Shown: positions 37,775 to 50,126 of the stretch, piece by piece
Numbering within the stretch: position 1 is the stretch's first letter
How the letters are laid out: each line of letters opens with the position of its first letter
Assembly: GCA_050257015.1 (NCBI GenBank)
Contig: JBLMWC010000066.1
Span: 4,311-68,310 of the forward strand
Direction of reading: 5' to 3'
DNA: 64,000 nt
DNA from: Bacillota bacterium
GTDB lineage: Bacteria > Gemmatimonadota > Gemmatimonadetes > Gemmatimonadales > GWC2-71-9
Notes under the pieces: generated by a model
What the model was told of the DNA's origin: nothing
What the model saw: only the letters and a program-made list of their open reading frames with translations
The model's database searches: none
Program-made: the position numbers and the translations under genes

Positions 37775-38200
37775 ATGCGTAGCGCAGTCATGATCGGCGT
37801 GCTGGCGCTGCTCGCGCCGGTCCCGGCGGTGGCGCAGGCGACGGCTGACGTTCCCAGCCGGCTCGAGCTTGCCGACTCGTCGCTGGCACTGGGAAAGCGG
37901 CTCTACGACGGCGCAGGCAACTGCGCCTTCTGCCACGGCGCCGCGGGCGTGGGCACGAGCCGCGGCTCCGACCTGACCGACGACGTCTGGCGGCACGGCG
38001 ACGGCGGTTACCTCTCGATAGTCGAGCAGATCGTCCACGGCGTCGGCCACCCGACCGGCGGTCCGGTGACGCCGATGCCGAGCCGCGGGATGGGACCGCT
38101 CACCTATACCCAGATGCGGGCAGTGGCGGCGTACGTCTGGAGCCTGAGCCACCGCGTCCCTCGGGACAGCGTGACCCCCGCGCCCCGCCGGCGCCGCTGA
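37775..38200 (+). CDS. periplasmic mono-haem c-type cytochrome
   Basis: ORF 37490..38200 trimmed to ATG 37775. Signal peptide MRSAVMIGVLALLAPVPAVAQA. Haem motif CAFCHG, with a distal Met candidate in PVTPMPS. Confidence 0.75.
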   Translation: MRSAVMIGVLALLAPVPAVAQATADVPSRLELADSSLALGKRLYDGAGNCAFCHGAAGVGTSRGSDLTDDVWRHGDGGYLSIVEQIVHGVGHPTGGPVTPMPSRGMGPLTYTQMRAVAAYVWSLSHRVPRDSVTPAPRRRR

Positions 38201-38222
38201 CGCGCGCCGGCGGAGCGCACGC

Positions 38223-39290
38223 CTAGGCGACCGGCGAGCCCTTCTCCACGATCAGCACCGTCACCATCCCGAACATCCCGTGGTCCGTCTCGGCATGGGC
38301 CAGGATGTGGCAGTGGAACGCCCAGGTACCGGGGTTGGTCGCCTTCACCAGAACATCCCACCGCTCGCCCGGCGCGATGTTGAGCGTGTCGCACTTCCAG
38401 GGTGCCGGCTGATCCCATCCGTCCTTCGCGATCACCGTCATGTGCATCCCGTGGAGGTGCATCGGGTGGATCATCATCCCCTCGTTCATGAAGCGGATGC
38501 GCACCGTCTGACCCTGCTTCGCCACGATCGGCTCGGTGGCGGGAAACCCCTTGCCGTTGAGCGTGAAGCCGTGCGGGCCGTCGTTCAGCACCATCACGTA
38601 GTCCACATCCACCTTCGGCTCGCGCGAGCGGTCCTTCGGCTCGACGATGAAGGCACCGAGCAGACCCTTCGACACCTGGGTGGTGGAGTTGTGATGCGAG
38701 TGGTACATGTGGGAGCCGGCGTTCGGCACGGTGAACTCGTAGGTGTACGTCTCGCCCGGCTTGATCGGCGGCTGCGTGATGAACGGCACCCCGTCCTGGT
38801 CGTTGGGCAGCTCGAGGCCGTGGAAGTGGATCGCGGTGGACTGCTCCAGCCGGTTGGTGAGGTTCACGCGCACCCGGTCGCCCTCGCGGACCCGGATCTG
38901 CGGGCCGGGCACCTGCCCGTTGTACGCCCATGCCTTGGCATGCTGACCCGGCGCGTATTCCCAGTCGATCTCGGTCGCGGTGAGGTCGAACACCTTGACA
39001 CCTCGCTCCATCCGCGGCGCCATCGGCAGGTTCCCCCGCCCCGCCGTCTTCGCCGGAAACGCCTTGATTCCCTTCTCGTGCATCGCGTCCATCGCGTCAG
39101 CCCGCTCACGGACCGTCAGGATGGGCGCGGCCGGCCGGGCTGGAGCCGACGGGGGCGTGGCGGCGACCGCCTTGTTGTCGGTGCAGGCTGAGAGCGCCGA
39201 GACCACGGGGAGCGTGAGTGCGGCGGCGGCCCCTTTCGCGAGAAAGTCGCGGCGGGACCGGGCGGCGGTGATCAGGGTGTTGTCGGACAA
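38223..39290 (-). CDS. small (about 355 aa) Tat-exported multicopper oxidase
   Basis: All four Cu motifs are present: IHFHG, HMYHSHH, HPMHLHG and HCHILAHAETDHGM. Tat motif SRRDFL. Preferred start is TTG 39290, with AGGAG 8 nt upstream. The ORF track start at 39347 is also TTG. Confidence 0.85.
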   Translation of the reverse strand: MSDNTLITAARSRRDFLAKGAAAALTLPVVSALSACTDNKAVAATPPSAPARPAAPILTVRERADAMDAMHEKGIKAFPAKTAGRGNLPMAPRMERGVKVFDLTATEIDWEYAPGQHAKAWAYNGQVPGPQIRVREGDRVRVNLTNRLEQSTAIHFHGLELPNDQDGVPFITQPPIKPGETYTYEFTVPNAGSHMYHSHHNSTTQVSKGLLGAFIVEPKDRSREPKVDVDYVMVLNDGPHGFTLNGKGFPATEPIVAKQGQTVRIRFMNEGMMIHPMHLHGMHMTVIAKDGWDQPAPWKCDTLNIAPGERWDVLVKATNPGTWAFHCHILAHAETDHGMFGMVTVLIVEKGSPVA

Positions 39291-39488
39291 GGGGATCTCT
39301 CCTCTGCGTGCGATGAAGGGCTGACGGTCGCCGGGGAGTCTATCCAAAGCCGGATGAAGGGCGGGTTTAGGTGCCGTGAAGCATTCTTCATAACTGTCAG
39401 GGCAGGCGCGGACGCACTATCTTTCCCGGTCGCGCGCGGCGCATCGGAGAGCGCGCACGGTCAGTCCCCGAGTCGCTCGGAGTGGTCC

Positions 39489-43205
<3,717 letters not shown>

Positions 43206-43481
43206 CTCCGCACGACCACCAGCCGCTCGGTCTTTCTCGATCCCACGGGCCGCCGCTGGCGGCGGCTCCGCCGGGCCGCTCTCGCCACCGGCGTCCTGAC
43301 GACGCTTCTCGCCGCCGGCGTCGTCGCCAGCATCTTCATACCTCCGCTCCTCCCCTCCTGGCGCGCCGAGCGGAGCGTTGCGCGCCTCCCGACGCTGCTC
43401 ACGACCCGCCAGGCCCGCGAGCGTCTCGCCGCGCGGCGCCGCCTCTACGCCGCGCTCGGCCGCCGCCGCGAGCCGGCGGCG

Positions 43482-46400
43482 GTGCGCCCCTCGCGGCTGC
43501 CGCTGGTGCGGCCATCGGGACCGCCCCGACGCCACAGTGATTCGGCGCAGTCGCTGACCGCCGGGTTCTACGTCAACTGGGACGACAACTCCTACGCCTC
43601 GTTCGCCGCGCATGCCGCGGAGATGGACTGGGTGATCTGCGAGTGGAGCTTCGTCGCGACGGGCGGCGACTCGCTCCGCTTCGCGCTTGACCCGCGCATC
43701 CCCTACGTCGTCCAGCGGCTCCCCGAGGCCGACCGGCCCCTCATCTTCGCGATGGTGAGCAACTTCGATTCGGGCGGCAAGCGCTTCGAGTCGCGCGATC
43801 TCCGCCGGCTGCTCGCGACCCCCGACAGCCGGGCCCGCGCCGTCGCCCAGCTGGACGGCTTCGTGCGCCGCTACGGCCTGGGCGGCGTCACGGTGGACTT
43901 CGAGAGCGTGCCGGCCGATCTGGACGACGAGGTCCTCGCGTTCGTGCGCGCGCTCCGCGCGGCGCTGACCGAGCACGGGGCCCTCACCACCCAGGCGATC
44001 GGCACCGACGTCGACGACGGCTGGCTCCGTCGCTACGGCGCCGCGAACGACGCGGTCATCCTGATGCTCTACGACGAGCACTATGGCAGCGGCGACGCGG
44101 GACCGGTGGCGAGCCAGGAGTGGTACGCCGACCGCGTGCGCCACGCCATGCGCGTGCTCGATCCGGCGCACACGATCCTGGCGATCGGCGCCTACGGCTA
44201 CGACTGGAACGACGCCGGGCCGGATGCGTCCGGCGGCGAGCTCACCTTCCAGGATGTCATGGCGGCGGCGCGCGAGCATGCGGTGCGGGTCGGCTTCGAT
44301 TCGGTGGCGCTCAATCCGTGGATCAGCTGGACCGATCCCGACTCGACCGATCACGTCGCGTGGTACCTCGACGCGGTGACGGCGTACAACCAGGCGCTGG
44401 TGGGCGACGCCGCAGGTGCCAGGGGACGGGCCGTTTGGCGGCTCGGCTCGGAGGATCCGGCGCTCTGGCGGGTGATCGGGCGGCGACCCAACGAGCCGCC
44501 CGCCATCGGGCTGGCGACGATTCCGCCCGGGTACGACGTCGAGTTCGACGGCGACGGTGAGATCCTGCGCCTCACCGCCCATCCCACCTCGGGCCGGCGG
44601 CTGATCGGCGTCGATTCCGTGAGCGGGCTGGTTCGGCGGGAAGTGGTGACGGCGTATCCCTCACCGTGGGTCGTCCGCCGGGACGGCCGGAGCGCGCACC
44701 GGGTCGCCCTGACTTTCGACGACGGGCCCGACGGCACCTGGACGCCGGTCATCCTCGACACCCTCCTCGCGTACCACGCCCCGGCCACGTTCTTCGTGAT
44801 CGGCGAGAACGTCGAGCGCCACATCCCTATCATGCGGCGGCTGGTGGCGGAGGGACACGAGTTCGGGAATCACACCTTCACGCATCCGAACCTCGCCCTC
44901 ACCTCCGCCTTCGTCACGCGGCTTCAGCTCGATGCGACCGAGCGGCTCCTCGAAGCGGTGACCGGCCGCCGGTCGGCCTTCTTCCGGCCCCCCTACTTCG
45001 GCGATGCCGAGCCGACCGACAGCAGCGAGCTGGTGCCGGTGAGCGTAGCGAGCGAGCTGGGCTACGTGACCGCCGGCCTGCATATCGATGCCGAGGACTG
45101 GGAGGAGCCCGGTGTGCAGACGATCGTGGACACCGTGCTGGCCCAGCGGCGGGCCGTCACCAGTGAGCGGTCGGGCAACGTCATCCTGCTGCACGACGGC
45201 GGCGGCGACCGGAGCCAGACCGTCGCGGCCCTCGGTCCGCTGATCGATTCGCTCCGGAGCCGCGGCGATACCCTCGTGCTGCTGTCGGAGCTCGCCGGTA
45301 TTCCCCGCGATCAGGCGATGGCAAAGCTTCCGGTGCGCGGCGCCATGACCCGCGTGGTGGAGTTCGCCACCTTCGGCGTGGTGGGCGCCGTCGAGTGGCT
45401 GCTCCACTGGATCTTCCTGCTCGCCGTCGTCCTCGGCATCGCTCGGCTGGTGGTCGTGCTGGCGATGGCGATCCTCCAGCGCGCCGTCCGGCGGGCACGG
45501 CCCGACCCGGCGTTCGCCCCCGCCGTGAGCGTGATCGTCCCGGCGTTCAACGAGGCGCGGGTGATCAACGCGACGATCGGGAGCCTCCTGGCGCAGAGCT
45601 ATCCGGGTCCACTCGAGATCGTGGTGGTGGACGACGGATCGCCCGACGACACCGCCGGCGTCGCGCGGGCAGCGTTCGGCGCGCACCCGCAGGTGGCGAT
45701 CCACCGGAAGCCGAACGGCGGCAAGGCGAGCGCGCTCAACTACGGCATCGCCCACGCGCGCGGCGAGATCGTCGTGGGGCTCGATGCCGACACCGTCTTT
45801 CCGCCGACGACGCTCGCGGCGCTGATCGCACCCCTCCGCGATCCGGCGGTGGGGGCGGTGGCGGGAAACGCCAAGGTCGGCAACCGGGTGAACCTGGTCA
45901 CCCGGTGGCAGGCGCTGGAATACGTCACCAGCCAGAATCTCGACCGGCGGGCGCTCTCGCTGTTCAACGCGATCACGGTCGTGCCCGGCGCCGTCGGCGC
46001 CTGGCGGAAGTCGGTGGTCGAATCGCTGGGCGGGTTCAGCAACGACACCCTGGCGGAGGACCAGGACCTGACGATCGCGGTGCGGAGGGCGGGCCACGTC
46101 ATCGCGTACGCCGACCAGGCGGTCGCGTACACCGAAGCGCCCGACACGCTGCGCGCGCTGGCGCGGCAGCGCTTCCGCTGGTCATTCGGCACGCTGCAGT
46201 GCATGTGGAAGCACCGCGACGCGCTGCTCCGGCCACGATACGGATCGCTGGGGCTCATCGCGATGCCGAACACCTGGATCTTCCAGCTGCTCTTCCCCGC
46301 GATCTCGCCGGTCGCCGATCTGATGTTCCTGTGGAGTCTCGTGTCGGTGTGGCTGGTGCGGCAGCAGCACGGGGCGACGTACGCGGTGACCGATCTGGTG

Positions 46401-46637
46401 CAGGTGGTCACCTTCTATGCCGTGTTCCTGCTGGTCGACTGGCTGGCGGCGGTGGTGGCGTTCGTCATCGAGCCGGGGGAGGACCGGAGTCTCACCTGGC
46501 TCGTCTTCCTCCAGCGATTCGCCTACCGGCAGGTGATGTACTGGGTCGTGGTGCGGTCGTTCATGGTCGCGATCCGCGGACGACTGGTCGGCTGGGGCAA
46601 GCTCGAGCGCAAGGCGACGGTGCGGGTGCCGGCGTAG
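43482..46637 (+). CDS. three-domain exopolysaccharide enzyme: GH18-like domain + NodB polysaccharide deacetylase + family-2 glycosyltransferase (PNAG-synthase-like)
   Basis: GH18-like GLGGVTVDFESV. NodB motifs TFDDGP, FFVIGENV and HEFGNHTFTHP. GT2 motifs VIVPAFNE, VVDDGSPD, GLDADT and QRFRWSFG, followed by C-terminal TM helices. The coordinates use the first canonical start; the true start may lie upstream (see findings). Confidence 0.85.
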   Translation: MRPSRLPLVRPSGPPRRHSDSAQSLTAGFYVNWDDNSYASFAAHAAEMDWVICEWSFVATGGDSLRFALDPRIPYVVQRLPEADRPLIFAMVSNFDSGGKRFESRDLRRLLATPDSRARAVAQLDGFVRRYGLGGVTVDFESVPADLDDEVLAFVRALRAALTEHGALTTQAIGTDVDDGWLRRYGAANDAVILMLYDEHYGSGDAGPVASQEWYADRVRHAMRVLDPAHTILAIGAYGYDWNDAGPDASGGELTFQDVMAAAREHAVRVGFDSVALNPWISWTDPDSTDHVAWYLDAVTAYNQALVGDAAGARGRAVWRLGSEDPALWRVIGRRPNEPPAIGLATIPPGYDVEFDGDGEILRLTAHPTSGRRLIGVDSVSGLVRREVVTAYPSPWVVRRDGRSAHRVALTFDDGPDGTWTPVILDTLLAYHAPATFFVIGENVERHIPIMRRLVAEGHEFGNHTFTHPNLALTSAFVTRLQLDATERLLEAVTGRRSAFFRPPYFGDAEPTDSSELVPVSVASELGYVTAGLHIDAEDWEEPGVQTIVDTVLAQRRAVTSERSGNVILLHDGGGDRSQTVAALGPLIDSLRSRGDTLVLLSELAGIPRDQAMAKLPVRGAMTRVVEFATFGVVGAVEWLLHWIFLLAVVLGIARLVVVLAMAILQRAVRRARPDPAFAPAVSVIVPAFNEARVINATIGSLLAQSYPGPLEIVVVDDGSPDDTAGVARAAFGAHPQVAIHRKPNGGKASALNYGIAHARGEIVVGLDADTVFPPTTLAALIAPLRDPAVGAVAGNAKVGNRVNLVTRWQALEYVTSQNLDRRALSLFNAITVVPGAVGAWRKSVVESLGGFSNDTLAEDQDLTIAVRRAGHVIAYADQAVAYTEAPDTLRALARQRFRWSFGTLQCMWKHRDALLRPRYGSLGLIAMPNTWIFQLLFPAISPVADLMFLWSLVSVWLVRQQHGATYAVTDLVQVVTFYAVFLLVDWLAAVVAFVIEPGEDRSLTWLVFLQRFAYRQVMYWVVVRSFMVAIRGRLVGWGKLERKATVRVPA

Positions 46638-46693
46638 GCGGTCAGGCAGCGCCGGAGTCATCCCGGTGAAGTCCAGAGGTCCGCCCCTCCGAT

Positions 46694-46723
46694 GTCATTG
46701 CGAGGAGCGACGCGACGAAGCAA
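46694..46723. repeat. degenerate copy of a palindromic REP-like element
   Basis: gtcattgcgaggagcgaCgcgacgaagcaa matches 29 of 30 nt of the core at 58571..58600. The right arm is decayed. The copy is intergenic. Confidence 0.5.
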
Positions 46724-46822
46724 ACGGGTCGCCTGCGTTGCCTCCATTGACGCCGACCCCTCGCGCGCGATCTTCCACCAGCTCCATCCCGCTCTTCATT
46801 CCTCATTCCGGTCTCCACACTC

Positions 46823-48415
46823 ATGTCCCCAACCAGACGCGAAGCCCTGGCCCAGCTCGCCGCCATCGCCGCGGTCGCGGCGCTGCCCCGTTCGACCTGG
46901 GCCTTCAGCGGATCCGACCCGCTCGACGGCACCATCGCCGAGCTCCAGGCCGGCTTCCATCGCCGCGCGTGGACCTCGGTCGAGGTGACAAGACGCGCGC
47001 TCGACCGCTGCCGGACCGACGGCGCCGCCTGGCGTGCCATCGATGTCCTGGCCGACACCGCGCTCCGCGACGCGCGTGCGGCGGACGCCCGCCGGCGAGC
47101 CGGCCGCCCGCGCGGCCCGCTCGACGGCGTTCCCGTCTTCGCCAAGGCGATCTACGACATGAAGGGGCTGCCGACGACCGGCTCGAATGCCGAATGGGCG
47201 CGCCTCTTTCCAGAGCCGGTGCGGCGTGACGCGCTCGAGGTGGCGCGGCTTCGCGCCGCGGGTGCCGTCGTCCTCGGCAAGACCGCAGCCGATGATTTCG
47301 CCTATCATGGCAACGGCACCAGCAGCCACACCGGCCAGGTGCTCAACCCGTACGACCGTACCGGCACCCGCACACCCGGCGGGTCGAGCGCGGGCTCGGC
47401 GGCCGCGGTCGCGGGCGGGATGGCGTTCGCGGCGCTCGGCACCGATGACGGCGGCTCCAACCGGATCCCGGCGCAGTTCACCGGCGTGGTGGGGATGAAG
47501 CCGACGTTCGGGCTCGTGCCGCGCACCGGGGTGATCCCGACGTGGCCGTACCTCGATACGCATGGGCCGCTCGCCCGCACGGTGGCCGACGCCGCGCTCT
47601 ATCTCGCGGCGATCGCGGGCGCCGACCCGTCCGACCCGCTTGCGCTCGCCGGTCCCTGGAACGGCGCGCCGCTCGGGGCACTCCGTGACGGTGCGCTCGC
47701 CGGCGTCCGGGTCGGCCTGGTGGACGCACATGTTCCGCGTGCGCAGATGACGGCGGAGGCGGTAGCCATGTGGGACCGCGCGGTGGCGGACCTGCGCTCG
47801 GCGGGCGCCACGGTCGATTCATTCGCGCCGCCGGTGACGCTCCAGAACTACCGGGACGCCTTTGCCGCCGCGTCCCGCGCGCGCGGCGACGCGGTGCCGA
47901 ACCCGAAATCCCCGGCCCCGACTGCCAACGCTCTCCTCCACTATTTCGCCGGGCGCACGGCCGATGCGCGCGCGGCGGTGCGCCGCGGCTATCCGGCCTA
48001 CCGCGCCTTCTATGATGCGCTTCCGGCCACGTTCGAGGAGTGCGAGCCGCTCCTCGACCTGCCGATGACGGAGGATCCCGCCGGACGGTCGTTCGCCCGC
48101 TCGCGCGCCGAGGTCGTGGCGGCGCTGTCGACGTCGATGCGGGCGGCCGGAATCGCGGCGATGGTGTATCCCACGATGCCCTTCAATGCACCCCGCGCGG
48201 TCGACGAATGGCCCGACATCCGCACCACCCTCGGTTACGGCAACTGGCTGGGCCTGCCGGAGGTATCGGTGCCGGCCGGGCTCGGCGCGGACGGGATGCC
48301 GGCGCTCAACCTGTCGGTCGTCGGGCTGCCGGGTGAGGATGCGCGGGTGCTCGCGCTGGCGCATGCGTACGAGCGGCAGTCGCGGCGGTTCCGGTCGCCG
48401 CCGCGGGCGGGGTGA
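46823..48415 (+). CDS. amidase-signature family hydrolase, probably exported
   Basis: N-terminal RR-containing signal MSPTRREALAQLAAIAAVAALP. Amidase signature GGSSAGSAAAVAGGMAFAALGTDDGGSNRIP. Confidence 0.85.
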   Translation: MSPTRREALAQLAAIAAVAALPRSTWAFSGSDPLDGTIAELQAGFHRRAWTSVEVTRRALDRCRTDGAAWRAIDVLADTALRDARAADARRRAGRPRGPLDGVPVFAKAIYDMKGLPTTGSNAEWARLFPEPVRRDALEVARLRAAGAVVLGKTAADDFAYHGNGTSSHTGQVLNPYDRTGTRTPGGSSAGSAAAVAGGMAFAALGTDDGGSNRIPAQFTGVVGMKPTFGLVPRTGVIPTWPYLDTHGPLARTVADAALYLAAIAGADPSDPLALAGPWNGAPLGALRDGALAGVRVGLVDAHVPRAQMTAEAVAMWDRAVADLRSAGATVDSFAPPVTLQNYRDAFAAASRARGDAVPNPKSPAPTANALLHYFAGRTADARAAVRRGYPAYRAFYDALPATFEECEPLLDLPMTEDPAGRSFARSRAEVVAALSTSMRAAGIAAMVYPTMPFNAPRAVDEWPDIRTTLGYGNWLGLPEVSVPAGLGADGMPALNLSVVGLPGEDARVLALAHAYERQSRRFRSPPRAG

Positions 48416-48434
48416 GCGGCGCCCGCGTACGAGC

Positions 48435-48466
48435 AAGCGGGGCGGCCATCCTCGGCCGCCCCGCTT
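48435..48466. terminator. bidirectional terminator-like hairpin between convergent amidase and DoxX genes
   Basis: AAGCGGGGCGGCC-ATCCTC-GGCCGCCCCGCTT forms a 13-bp stem. The 24-nt core is identical to the hairpin at 49750..49777. Confidence 0.55.
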
Positions 48467-48521
48467 CTGTTGCATCCCTCGGAGCGCTCGGCCGCCATGA
48501 GAGCTGCGGTCGAGTTCCGCT

Positions 48522-48998
48522 CTACGGCTGCATGGTGCGGCGGCGGGCCCGCTGCCGCCAGCCCCCCGCGGACCACGGACCCGCCCCCAGCAGCGCCAGC
48601 GCGACGAGGCTCGCGATGTACAGCAGGTTGATCTCATAGCCCGGCGGGCCGAACAGCGGGCCCGACGGGGTGAGGCCGATCGTGTTGACGGAGCTGAACC
48701 CGTACCGCAGCTGCACCGTGAGCATGGCGACCAGCATCGACACGATCAGCGGGATGCTGACGATCGCCACGAAGATGCCCAGAACGATCGCGAGTCCGCC
48801 GAACAGCTCGAGGAGCGTGACGATCCAGGCGGCGGCCGCCGGCATCGGCACGCCGATCTGCTGCAGCAGCTGGCCGAAATGCTCCGGCCCCCGGGTCAGC
48901 TTGGCGTAGCCGTGTGCCATGAAGCCGTATCCGACGATCAGGCGGAGCGGAAGGAGGGCCCACCGACGCGAGGATGCTTCGTACCATGCTTCAGCCAC
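48522..48998 (-). CDS. DoxX-family membrane protein
   Basis: LPLRLIVGYGFMAHGYAKL...LLELFGGLAIVLG is a typical DoxX pattern. Four helices. Confidence 0.8.
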   Translation of the reverse strand: MAEAWYEASSRRWALLPLRLIVGYGFMAHGYAKLTRGPEHFGQLLQQIGVPMPAAAAWIVTLLELFGGLAIVLGIFVAIVSIPLIVSMLVAMLTVQLRYGFSSVNTIGLTPSGPLFGPPGYEINLLYIASLVALALLGAGPWSAGGWRQRARRRTMQP

Positions 48999-49089
48999 CG
49001 GCGAACCTCCGGCACAATGTGGATTGGGTGATCCACTCTAGTGAGACGGAACTGGATTGTCCAGTCCATTTTCACTATTGTTGGGTCCG

Positions 49090-49746
49090 ATGACTGCCGC
49101 CACCCCTCGCGCCCCCGCGCTCACGCCGAAGGGCCGCGCGACCCGCACCCGCATCGTCACCGCCGCCGCCGAGCTCATGTTCGCGCACGGCGTGGCGCGG
49201 ACGAGCCTGGACGAGGTGAAGGCGGCGGCCGGTGTGAGCAGCTCCCAACTGTATCACTACTTCGAAGACAAGCACGCGCTGGTGAGCGCCGTCATCGAGC
49301 ATCAGACCGAGGCGGTCCTCGCGGGACAGCAGCCGCTGCTGGCCGCCCTGGACAGCGTGGCGGCGTTCCGGGCCTGGCGCGACGTGCTGGTCGGATTTCG
49401 CCGCGACTCCCGTTGCCGGGGAGGGTGCCCCATGGGATCGCTCGGCAGCGAGCTCTCGGATACCGATGCGCATGCACGCCGGGAGCTGGCAGCCGGGTTC
49501 CGGCGATGGGAAACGAGCATCGCAAACGGATTGCGCGAGATGCGCTCCCGCGGTGAGCTCCTGCCGGGCGCCCGGCCGGACGACCTCGCGCTCGCGGTGC
49601 TGGCGGCGGCGCAGGGAGGGATCCTGCTCGCGCAGATCCATCGTGAGACCAGGCCCCTGGAGACTGCGCTCGACACGATCATCGACCACATCGAATCACT
49701 GGTGGTACGACCGCCGCGGCCGCCGAAGTCGCCGCGACGCCGATGA
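49090..49746 (+). CDS. TetR/AcrR-family transcriptional regulator
   Basis: HTH region TRIVTAAAELMFAHGVARTSLDEVKAAAGVSSSQLYHYFEDKHAL. ATG 49090 is preferred over TTG 49057. Divergent from the DoxX gene. Confidence 0.85.
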   Translation: MTAATPRAPALTPKGRATRTRIVTAAAELMFAHGVARTSLDEVKAAAGVSSSQLYHYFEDKHALVSAVIEHQTEAVLAGQQPLLAALDSVAAFRAWRDVLVGFRRDSRCRGGCPMGSLGSELSDTDAHARRELAAGFRRWETSIANGLREMRSRGELLPGARPDDLALAVLAAAQGGILLAQIHRETRPLETALDTIIDHIESLVVRPPRPPKSPRRR

Positions 49747-49749
49747 CAA

Positions 49750-49777
49750 AAGGGGCGGCCATCCTCGGCCGCCCCTT
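49750..49777. terminator. bidirectional terminator-like hairpin between convergent TetR and HNH genes
   Basis: AAGGGGCGGCC-ATCCTC-GGCCGCCCCTT forms an 11-bp stem followed by a CT-rich tract. It starts 4 nt after the TetR stop. Confidence 0.55.
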
Positions 49778-49802
49778 CCTTCCGTCCTTCTGCCCTTGCG
49801 TC

Positions 49803-50126
49803 CTACCGCTCGTCCTTCGGCAGGATCGGCCGCTCCGACGCCTGCTTCGCCAGCTCCTTGAGCGGCTCCGACAGGTGATCGCCGTAGTGCAGGAGGAACA
49901 CCCCGCGCGCCCGCTTCTGCATCAGGAACGCCACGAGCGGCGTATCCGCCTTCGCGGCGTTGCACTCGCGGCAGGCCAGGACGAGATTGTCCGGGCGGTC
50001 ATACGCGGTCTGTCCGCGTCGCGGGCGCACATGATCGAGCGTAATCGTCTCGGGGGGCGTCTCGGTGCCGCAGTAGGCGCAAATGGAGCCGTGGAGCGAG
50101 AGGAGCCAGTCTCTGTGTGACTGCAT
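49803..50126 (-). CDS. small stand-alone HNH endonuclease (107 aa)
   Basis: ORF 49803..50498 trimmed to ATG 50126. CAYCG...LDHVRPRRGQTAYDRPDNLVLACRECNAAK gives the Cys4 and H-N-N pattern. Confidence 0.75.
   Translation of the reverse strand: MQSHRDWLLSLHGSICAYCGTETPPETITLDHVRPRRGQTAYDRPDNLVLACRECNAAKADTPLVAFLMQKRARGVFLLHYGDHLSEPLKELAKQASERPILPKDER

Noticed and set aside
46642-47145. ORF 46642..47145 (-, 167 aa) and ORF 46666..47229 (+) span the intergenic repeat region.
   Set aside because: Their composition is Arg/Ala/Ser-rich. They overlap the amidase gene out of frame, and their 5' parts are simply the REP-like element read as protein.
48435-49777. The DoxX-TetR unit might be an integron cassette flanked by attC sites.
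   Set aside because: The hairpins are short perfect GC stems without the bulged, imperfect R/L box architecture or the GTTRRRY core of attC. No integrase gene is nearby.
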